Source: Blastocladiella emersonii ATCC 22665
Lineage: Eukaryota; Fungi; Blastocladiomycota
Assembly (NCBI GenBank): GCA_025594325.1
Contig: JANHCV010000001.1
Coordinates: forward strand, 1,860,001-1,924,000
Length of the DNA: 64,000 nucleotides
Reading direction: 5' to 3'
Both the position numbers and the translations under genes were made by a program. Below, piece after piece: positions 22,667 through 32,732 of the stretch; within the stretch, counting starts at the first letter, position 1; the number at the start of each line of letters is the position of its first letter. The notes under the pieces are model-generated. The model made no database searches. It was not told the origin of the DNA and saw only the letters and a program-made list of their open reading frames with translations.

Positions 22667-25594
22667 ATGGCTCTGAACCAGGACCAGTTCACCGACAAGG
22701 TACGCGTCGCCGCGTTGCGACCGCCATCATCACGACCGTGATCAGCGGGCTGACACCCCCATCCCTCCCGACGCGTGTGTGTAGACGTCCAAGGTGCTCC
22801 AGCGCGCGACCGAGATTGCGCGCGAGTGGGAGCACGTCCAGCTGCACCCGGCGCACATGTCGGCGGCGCTTCTCGACGACGAGGACGGCTTCACGCGCAA
22901 CGTGATCACCAAGGCCGGCGGCGACCCGCTCGTCGTTGAGCGCGTCATCAAGCGCGCCATGGCCAAGCTGCCCGCGCAGTCGCCGCCGCCCGAGCAGCTA
23001 TCGCTGAGCCCCGCCGGCCTCAAGGTGCTCAAGGCCGCCCAGGACCTGCAGAAGACGCAAAAGGACTCGCACACGGCCGTCGACCACGTGCTCGCCGCCC
23101 TGCTCGCCACCCCCGAGTGGGAGGCGGCCCTGCGCGAGGCCAACCTGTCGCGCAAGGCCGTCGAGATCGCCATTGCCGGCGTGCGCGGCAACCGCCGCGT
23201 CGAGTCCAAGTCGGACGATGAGAACTACGAGGCGCTCGCCAAGTACGCGATCGACCTGACGGCGCTCGCCGAGGAGGGCAAGCTCGACCCCGTGATTGGC
23301 CGCGACGACGAGATCCGCCGGTGCATCCAGATCCTGTCGCGCCGCGGCAAGTCCAACGTGTGCATCGTCGCGTTCCCCGGCGTCGGCAAGACGGCGCTCG
23401 CCGAGGGCCTCGCCCAGCGCATCGTGCGCCGCGACGTGCCCACCAACCTGCAGTGCCGCCTCTACTCGCTCGACATGGGCGCGCTGATTGCCGGCGCAAA
23501 GTACCGCGGCGAGTTCGAGGAGCGCCTCAAGGCCGTGCTCAAGGAGATCAAGGACAGCGACGGCCAGATCATCCTGTTCATCGACGAGATCCACACGGTG
23601 CTCGGCGCCGGCGCCACCAGCGGGTCCATGGACGCGGCCAACCTGCTCAAGCCCATGCTCGCGCGCGGCGAGCTGCGGTGCATCGGCGCCACCACGCTCG
23701 AGGAGTACAAGAAGCACGTCGAAAAGGACCCCGCCTTCGAGCGCCGGTTCCAGAAGCTGTTCCTCGCCGAGCCCTCGGTCCCCGACACGGTGTCGATCCT
23801 GCGCGGGCTCAAGGACAAGTACGAGGCGCACCACGGCGTGCGCGTGCTCGACTCGGCGCTCGTGGCCGCGGCCCAGCTGTCGGCGCGCTACATCACGGAC
23901 CGCTACCTCCCCGACAAGGCCATCGACCTGCTCGACGAGGCGTGCGCCAACGTGCGCGTGCAGCTCGACTCGCAGCCCGAGGTGATCGACCAGCTCGAGC
24001 GCAAGTACCTGCAGCTCGAGATCGAGAAGACGGCGCTCGGCATGGAAAAGGACAAGGCGTCGCGCGAGCGGCTGTCGGCCGTCGAGGACGAGATGGCGCG
24101 CATCCAGGACGAGCTCGCCCCGCTCAAGGCCAAGTACGCGCGCGAGAAGGGCCACGTCGACGAGCTCCGCACCCTCGCCCAGAAGCTCGAGGACCTCCGC
24201 AACAAGGCCATGGTCGCCGAGCGCAACAACGACCTGTCCACGGCCGCCGACCTCCGCTACTACGCCATCCCCGACGTCGAGAAGCGCATCAAGCAGATCG
24301 AGGCGTCCAAGCTCGAGCGCGACACCTCGGGCGACATGCTCACCGAGGTCGTGTCCGCCGAGCAGATCACCGAGATCGTCGCCCGCTGGACCGGTATCCC
24401 CGTCAAGAAGCTGTCCAAGTCGCAGGCCGACCGGCTCCTGCACCTCGAGGACGACCTGCGCAAGCGGGTGGTCGGCCAAGACGAGGCGCTTCGCGCCCTG
24501 GCCGAGGCCGTCCTCCGCTCGCGTGCTGGCCTCGCCCGTCCTTCGCAGCCTTACGCGAGTGCCCTGTTCTTGGGCCCTACGGGTTCGTCGCGCCGCCGCC
24601 CGCCCGATTTCGGTGCAGTTTGACTAACGCGTTGTTCCGCTCACTTCTAGGCACGGGCAAGACCGAGACGGCCAAGGCGCTCGCCGAGCAGCTCTTCGAC
24701 GACGACAAGCACATCATCCGCATCGACATGTCCGAGTACTCGGAGCAGCACTCGGTCGCGCGCCTGATCGGCAGCCCGCCGGGCTACGTCGGGCACGACG
24801 AGGGCGGCCAGCTCACCGAGGCGGTGCGGCGCCGCCCGTACAACGTGGTGCTGTTCGACGAGGTCGAGAAGGCGCACCCGCAGATCCTCAACGTGCTGCT
24901 CCAGGTGCTCGACGACGGGCGGCTCACGGACGGCAAGGGCCGCACGGTCGACTTCACCAACACGGTCATCATCCTCACGTCCAACGTCGGGTACCAGCAC
25001 CTGGCCGATCTCGTGAGCACCGGGCAGCAGATCACGGAGATCCCGGCGCCCGTGCGCAACGCGGTCATGGCCGACGTCAAGCGGCACTTCCGCCCCGAGT
25101 TCCTCAACCGGCTCGACGACGTGGTCATCTTCCGCCCGCTCGGCCACGGCGACCTGCGGTCGATTGCGCGGCTGCAGCTGCGCGGGCTCGAGAAGCGGCT
25201 CGCGGAGCGGTCCATGGGCCTGGCGGTGACGGACGCGGCCATCGACGTGATCCTGCGCGCGTCGTGGGACCCGCAGTACGGCGGCCGCCCGATCCGCCGG
25301 TACATTGAGCACGTCCTCGTCACGGCCGTGTCCAAGCTCGTGCTCGCCGGCGAGCTGCACGAGTACATGACGGTCAACATCGACGCCAACCCCGTCTCGG
25401 GCGAGCTCCAGTACGTGGTCACGGACGGCGTCCCCGCCAACCTCCTCGGCGGGTCCGCCGGCCACTCGCGCAACGCGTCCACCGAGCACGTCCGCCGCAC
25501 CGCCGGCAACAAGCGCCGGTACCCCGAGGCCTCGGTCGACGACGACGACGACGAGGACTTTGAGCCCGTCGAGCAAGACATGGACATGGACTAG
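22667..25594 (+). CDS. HSP104: Hsp104/ClpB disaggregase
   Basis: Clp N domain, [24 protein letters not shown]-domain coiled coil, spliced GPTG|[13 protein letters not shown] and acidic tail. Introns 22700-22784 and 24583-24650. Confidence 0.96.
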
Positions 25595-25825
25595 GCGCGT
25601 GGTCCCGCAACAAGGTGTATGATAGCAGTAGCAGCAGGAGCAGTCGAGTGTGTACATACGAATACCAGAGTTTTTCCTTCATCATCGTATCGTGTCTTCC
25701 TTGAGCATCCGACGTAATCCAGTCCTTGTTCCGCGTGATGGGCTAAATAGCGCGACGAACTGCGCGCGGCTGAGTCAACACTCGGCGGTCCTCGCTCTCC
25801 CCCTCAACTAGAAGAATCCCAAGCA

Positions 25826-27032
25826 ATGAACTCTATCATGAAATCGGTCGCTGCGACTGCGCGCAGTCGACTGCCCACTTTCGCAAGATCACTCGGGAGC
25901 GCGACGACGCGCACGGGCGCGACTCGCGAGACCTCGTCGATCCTCAAGCGCGGCGTGCAGTCGTGGTCCAACAACGGCTCGCGCCAGCGCTTCGCCAACG
26001 GTGCGACCCTGCGCTCCTCGCCATCGCGACCAACACGTCTGACCACAGCCGACATCTAGCGGCGCCGTGGTACGAGGACAAGCGGATCCTCGTTGGCGGC
26101 GGGATCCTGGCGGTGGGCGGCGGCGCGTACTATGTGTCGCACCTCGAGGAGGTGCCCATCTCGGGGCGGCGGCGGTTCATTGACATGAGCCCGGAGACGG
26201 AGGCGGAGCTCGCCAGGCAGGCGTACAACGAGATCATACGCGAGCACGCGGGCCGGTTCCTGCCGCCGACGCACCCGACGGTGCGGGCGGTGCGCAAGGT
26301 TGGCGAGCGGATCGTGCGCGCGGCCGGCATGGAGGAGGTCGCGTGGGAGTTCCATGTGATTGATTCCAAGGGTACGGACGCTGCCTCGCAGCGCGAGAGG
26401 ACGGTTGCTAACATGGCGCGGACGGATCGTAGAGAAGAACGCGTTCGTGTTGCCCGGCGGCAAGGTGTTTGTGTTCACGGGCATCCTGCCCGTGTGCCAG
26501 AACGAGAACGGGCTCGCGGCGATCCTCGGCCACGAGATTGCGCACCAGATGGCGCGGCACATGGCCGAGCGCGTCTCGTTCACCAAGCTGATCCAGCTGG
26601 TACGCCGCTTCACGCACCAGCGAGCCGAGGAACGACACGCTAACCTCTCGACGCGACGCGATCTAGGCCCAAATCATCGTCGCCATGGCGCTCGACACGT
26701 CAACGAGCCTGACGCGCCTCTTCACAGACCTGGGCGTGCTCAAGCCCTTCTCGCGCATGATGGAGACGGAGGCGGACCACATTGGGCTGCTGCTCATGGC
26801 GCAGGCGTGCTACGAGCCGCGCGAGGCCATCGACGTGTGGCGGCGCATGGCGGCCGCGGACGCGGGCTCGCCGCCGCAGTTCCTTTCGACGCACCCGGCG
26901 CACGAGACGCGCATCGCGCGGCTGACGGAGCTGCTGCCCGAGGCCAACGCGCGGCTCGCGCAGTCGGACTGCACCGAGACGGCGGGGTTCCTCGCGGGCA
27001 TGTTTGCGAGCCTGCCGACGGCGCGGTGGTGA
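25826..27032 (+). CDS. OMA1: Mitochondrial M48 metalloprotease Oma1
   Basis: LEEVPISGRRRF, NAFVLPGGKVFVFTG, HEIAH zinc motif, ETEADHIGL and FLSTHP motifs. Introns 26001-26059, 26372-26432, 26600-26666. Confidence 0.92.
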
Positions 27033-28861
27033 CGATGCCAGGAATACATGACTTGAGAGTGAGTGAAGATCGAAACGCGTCCCCCGGCGCGGCGGCGTGA
27101 CCCTCACGGGAGAAGAGGGACGCGTCGGAATCCCCACCGTGGGAGACGTTTCCGCGCGGTCCTCCTGCGCGCGCCCCGCGGCACACCCCCCGCCGCGCCG
27201 CGTGTACCCCGCCCGCAAATTAATCATCGCCGCGCCGGCCGCATCCCCGCCGCGCGAGGCTGTCGACTGTCGACGGATCCCGCACCCCACACCGCAAGGT
27301 TTGATTCTGATTGCCGCGCCCTGTCCCGCTCGTGACGCGAATCGCTCTGATCTATTCCCGCCGCAGCGTCTACCGCTCGCTCCCCTACTGCATAGTCTCC
27401 GTCACTGCCCGTCACCGTCGCCGGGTCGTGGCCGTCTCGACTCCTCTACCGCGATCGCTCGAGTGCTTGTTCAGCGTTCAGCGAGAAGCGCGCCCTCGCG
27501 TTCCGTTCAAGTCACGCCGCCACGCCGCGTGCCCGCCCACCGCTGCTGCCCGCCGCCGCCCCGCCGCCGTCGATTCGCCGCGCGCGTCGCTGCCGCCCGC
27601 TCGCTCCACCGCCCCCACCTGCACTCGGCACTTGGCGCAGCTGCTTCGATCCGCCGCGCACGCCCGCCCACGCACGCTTCCACGCATCGACTGCCCCTCG
27701 ACCCGACCGACCCGACCGCCTGCAACCCGCGACCGCGTCGCTCATCTCGTCATCCCCCTCCCCCTCCCCCCTCGAGCGCTCCTTGCTGCCCGCTCCACGG
27801 ACGCGTCACCCAACGGCCCGCATCGACGCCCGCGTACACCTGCCCCTATCGCTCCGCCATCACGTCTGCTCGCTGCAGCGCCTGATCCCCGGCAACCTTG
27901 AGTCGACGACCGTCCCTGACTGGACCGGCACCACCATCCCGATCGGCCGCCTGCCCGTCGCACACGTCGTCGCGCACGAGTCGCCCGCAAGCTCTCGACG
28001 TCGTCTACTCGACCTCGGCGCGTGCTCCACCACCGCTCGCCCCGCGACTCGACTCGACCCGGCGCTGTACTCTGGTCGCACCCGCCCTCGCCGCCGAGTG
28101 CCGCTACGCCGTCCAACTTCGCCCAAGCCCCGACTGCGGCCTTCCGCGCGTGACTCGCGCTCCGCTCGTCATCTTCCTCCTCCCTTCCCTCTAGCCTCGT
28201 GGTACTGTGTCTTCTGCTTCTCGTTGCTCCTCGCGCTGACCGTCCGACTAACCAAGCCTCGCTGTTCTCCTCCTCGTCTCTCGATTTTATCGTCCAATCG
28301 CACATGTATGCCACCACCACCATGTATCGACTCTGCTCAACTCGACGCCACGCTGCTGCACGCCCGCGCTACGCTACGCCACCATTTGCGCCCGTGCTCC
28401 TCCTCGTCACCACTCTCGACTCGGCCTCGATCCGCTCGCCGTGTCGCGTCGTCGTCGATCACCGCGCGTCACTCTATTGCGCGGTGCACTGCTTGTCCGT
28501 TGCCCCGGTGCGGTCGCCTCGCGTGCCGTGCGTGTGTCCTCATGGCCCACCCTGCTCCCGCTGCTGCACGGCAACCCCGACCTTTTGGCGCCGCGCCTCC
28601 TCCTCTGATTGGCCCGCGTCGTACACTACCGCCCCGCCTCGCCTCTCCCTCACCGACCGGCTACTACTCTCCCCCTCCACTACCATCTCGACGCTCGCTG
28701 GATTACCCGTCTCGCTCGTGTCTGATCGCAACGGCGTGATCGTCTCCCGACCTCGATCGCTCGCTCGCTCGCTCGCTCGTTGCTCTCATCCACTCGGCCA
28801 CTCGACCTCGCACCCACGTGTGTGCGCTCTCGACTCGACGCGCGGTTCCTCGACTCTCCAG

Positions 28862-29619
28862 ATGAGAGAGTACAAGCTCGTCGTGCTGGGCGCCGGAGGT
28901 GTCGGCAAGTCCGCCCTGGTACGTCGCGCCCTACTCGTCGCCGTCGCCGGCCTGTCGGTCCTCGTCGCGGCTGGCCGGGTGCACGCGCGCACTCGCTCCT
29001 CGACGTGACGCCCATGAGCACGCGCGCGCAGCTGCGCCACCGCGCCCCGGGCGACCGACGGGTCGACGGCAAAGCCACCACCACGGCGCGCGCGCACCAC
29101 TGACCATGATGTTGCGCGCGAGTGTAGACGGTGCAGTTCGTGCAGTCCATTTTCGTTGAAAAATACGATCCAACAATCGAGGACTCGTACCGCAAGCAGG
29201 TCGAGGTGGACTCGCAGCAGTGCATGCTCGAGATCCTCGACACGGCGGGGACCGAGCAGTTCACGGCGATGCGCGACCTGTACATGAAGAACGGGCAGGG
29301 GTTCATCCTCGTGTACTCGATCACGTCGCAGGCCACGTTCAACGACCTCAACGAGCTGCGCGAGCAGATCATGCGCGTCAAGGACGCGGACAAGGTGCCC
29401 ATGGTGCTGTGCGGCAACAAGTGCGACCTCGAGGACGACCGCGTCGTCAAGAAGGACGCGGGCGCCGGCCTCGCCCAGCAGTGGGGCTGCTCCTTCTTCG
29501 AGACCTCGGCACGAAAGAAGATCAACGTCGACGAGGTCTTCTACGACCTCGTCAGGCAAATCAACAAGCAGCTACCCGAGAAGCCCGACAAGAAGAAGAA
29601 GAAGTGCGTCATCCTGTAA
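28862..29619 (+). CDS. RAP1: Rap1/Rsr1 Ras-family small GTPase
   Basis: [19 protein letters not shown]|[36 protein letters not shown] and CAAX CVIL. Intron 28919-29127. Confidence 0.96.
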
Positions 29620-30134
29620 GGAGTCGCGCCGTCTCGGGTCTCATACTGCTGCTGCTGCTGCTGCTGCCGTCCTCTCTCTCCTCATTCCCCTCCTCTGCCG
29701 CGCGGGCTTTGATCATTTGCACTTGTGTTGTCTGCCTTCCCTCCCCTCCGCTCCTCCCATCTTGCTCTGGCCCGTTCGTGTCTCGGCCGACCCTTCCTCC
29801 CTCACTCACGCTTGCGCTTGCTCATCCGCCTCGTCCTCCCTGCTCCCCCTTGTTTGTTATTCCCTCTGCCCCCGTCTGTTCGTTGGATGATTGATTGATA
29901 GTCGATTGAAACACCCGCTCTTGCTCTCTTGGGCCGCGAGGGGAGACATTTTCCGGGCGAAACGCGTTCCGCGACGCGTGTGTGACGTCCAGGTGACGGG
30001 CCTCGTTCCTGGGTGGCTTCGCCTCGGCTTCGAGCGCGTGCTTTGTGCCCCGCGTCCTCCTCGCCTCCTCTCTCCTCCCGCTCGCCCGATCTCCACTGTC
30101 TCTGCAACGTAGCTCCACGAAACACGCCGCCGCA

Positions 30135-32510
30135 ATGATGCAGTCCGCGGGCCCGTCCGGGTTCTCCCTCAAGGAGGCCACCAAGCGGCGTATGTCTTGC
30201 CCGCCCGTTCCGCTCGACCTCGTGCTGGAGCACGCTAACGCTCGCCCGCGCGCGCGATCGGCGACATCGTCTAGGCCTCATCAACGACATGGTCCGGTTC
30301 GTGCAGCCCGCCAACAAGTGGAAGGTCATGGTCGTCGACCCCATCTCCATGAAGATCCTCAACTACTCGCTCAAAATGTTTGATATTCTCGACGAGAACG
30401 TGACGCGTACGTTGCTTGCTTGTTCTTCTAAACCCGGCTCTAAACCGCGTCCCCTTCGTCTAGTCGTCGAGCTCATCACCAAGAAGCGCCAGCCGTACCC
30501 GAACCTCGAGGCCATCTACTTCCTGTCGCCGACGCCCGAGGCCATTGCCCACTTCATCGTCGACTTCTGCCCCGGCGGCGGCAAGAAGCCGCTGTACGCT
30601 GCCGCGCACCTCTTCTTCCTCGGCGGTACGCGACACACACACGCGCGCGCGCGGAACCGGCCGAGTTCTGACACACCCTAATCGCGTAGTCCTCCCCGAC
30701 CGCCTCATGGACCGCATCACGCAGTCGGGTGCGGCGCGGTACATCAAGAACCTCAAGGAGCTGTACGTCGACTACCTGCCGCTCGAGTCGCGCGTGTTCA
30801 GCCTGGACTCGCCGGCCTCCTTCTTCCGCCTCTTCTCGCCCGAGGCGGGCGGTCTTCCCGCGCAGCGCGCCGAGATGGACGTGACGGCGAAGCGGCTCAA
30901 GTCGCTGCTCGTGACGCTGGGCGACTACCCGTACATCCGGTACTACCGCCCCGTGGGCGACCCGGACAACAACCGCAGCTCCAAGTTCGCGTACATGGTC
31001 AGCTCGGAGCTCGAGAACCACGCGCGCGTCGACCCGAGCTTCCCGACGACTGACGCCAACAGCAAGGGCACGCTGCTGGTCGTGGACCGGTCGCTCGACA
31101 TGAACGCGCCGCTCCTGCACGAGTTCACGTACCAGGCCATGGCCTACGACCTGCTGCCGCTCGAGGACGGCAAGTACCTGTACGCGGTCAAGGGCCAGGA
31201 CGGCGCCGCCGACTCGGAAAAGGAGATCCCGCTCGACGACTCGGACTCGCTGTGGGTCGACCTCCGCCACAAGCACATTGCCGACACGATCAAGTCGCTG
31301 CTCGACGGGTTCAACAAGTTTTTGTCGGAGAACAAGGCGGCGTCGGCCGCCATGGGCGGCGCCGCCAAGTCGTCGGGGCTCAAGGACATGAAGGACATGC
31401 TCGCGGCCATGCCCCAGTTCCAGGAGATGAAGCAAAAGTACTCGGTCCACATCAACCTGTCGCAGGAGTGCATGAACATTTTCGAGCGGAGGAAGCTCGC
31501 CGACACCGCCGCCATCGAGCAAAACATGGCCACGGGCGAGACGGCTGACGGCGGCAAGCCCAAGAACCTCGTCTCCGACATGGTCCCGCTGCTCGACGAT
31601 CCCGCGCTCACGTACGCTTTTCTGGGTTTTCGCTGCGCGTGATCCGATCCGCCCACTCACCTCGCATCGATCAATGTGTAGCGTCTACGACAAGGTCCGT
31701 CTGCTCATGCTGTTCATCATCTCCAAGGAGGGTGTGCAGGACGACGACCGGCGCAAGCTGCTCGAGCACGCCAACGTCGGTCTCGAGCTCGCCGAGAGCA
31801 TCACGAACATGGCGCTGCTCGGCGTCAAGCTGAGCCGCGACGGCAAGCGCGACAAGGCCAAGAAGGACAAGCGCAAGCCCGCGGCCAAGCGGCCGTCGGG
31901 CGACGAGGACGACGGCGCCTACGAGCTCAGCCGGTACGTGACGCAGCTCAAGACGGCGCTCGAGGACCACATCTCGGGCAGCCTCGAGACGGACGTGTTC
32001 CCGTACCTCGGCCCCGCGCCCGCCGCCGACGCCTCCGCCAGGACGGGCGGGACCTCGCTCCGGTCCACCAAGCCCAGCTGGCAGCAGAAGAAGTCGGGCG
32101 GCGCGGGCGCCGGCGGCGACGCGGCCGCCGCGGGTCCGCCCAAGGGCGGCCGCCTCATCGTGTTCGTCCTCGGCGGCATGACGTACAGCGAGATCCGCAG
32201 CGTGTACGAGGTGGCCGCCGCCATGAACAAGGAGGTGATCATCGGGTCCACGCACATCGTCACGCCCACCAAGTTCGTCGACGACCTCAAGAACCTCCGC
32301 CGCCCGCAGGCCTTCGCCGCGTACGCGCCCTCGTTCGGGTTCGGCGAAGGGCCGCAGCCGCTCCCCGAGCCGTCCGAGAAGGAGCGCAAGAAGATGCAGT
32401 CGGCCGAGGCGCGCGCTGAGGCGGGCCACGCCGCGAGTCCGGCTACGGCGCCCGCGGCCGCTGGCGACGGCAAGGAGAAGAAGAAGAAGAAGCTGTTTGG
32501 GCTGTTCTAA
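30135..32510 (+). CDS. SEC1: Sec1/Munc18 (SM) vesicle fusion protein
   Basis: WKVMVVD, RQPYPNLEAIYFLSP, APLLHEFTYQAM, WVDLRHKHIA, LSRYV and GGMTYSEIR motifs. Introns 30190-30274, 30407-30463, 30626-30689, 31612-31681. Confidence 0.94.
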
Positions 32511-32732
32511 CTAAGGGGACCGGCCGCGGTTTATACACACATTCTTTGCTGCAAACTGATTGAGACGAGAATACCTGAGATTGCGATCGCGCCGTGGTGA
32601 CTCGGCGCCAAGGCTCAAGGATGTATCATTTGGCTCTACACGGCATACACTGTACGTCGCGTGGCCAGACACAAATAACATGAAATGGGCCCTGGGGTGG
32701 GCTCCAAGGGGAAGGGTGGGAGGGAAATAGGG

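Noticed and set aside
32687-32692. GGGCCC downstream of the Fanzor ORF as a possible outer Harbinger TIR making Fanzor cargo
   Set aside because: Only 6 bp match the 15-bp TIR, there is no TAA/TTA TSD, and the Harbinger is already closed by its own TIR pair.
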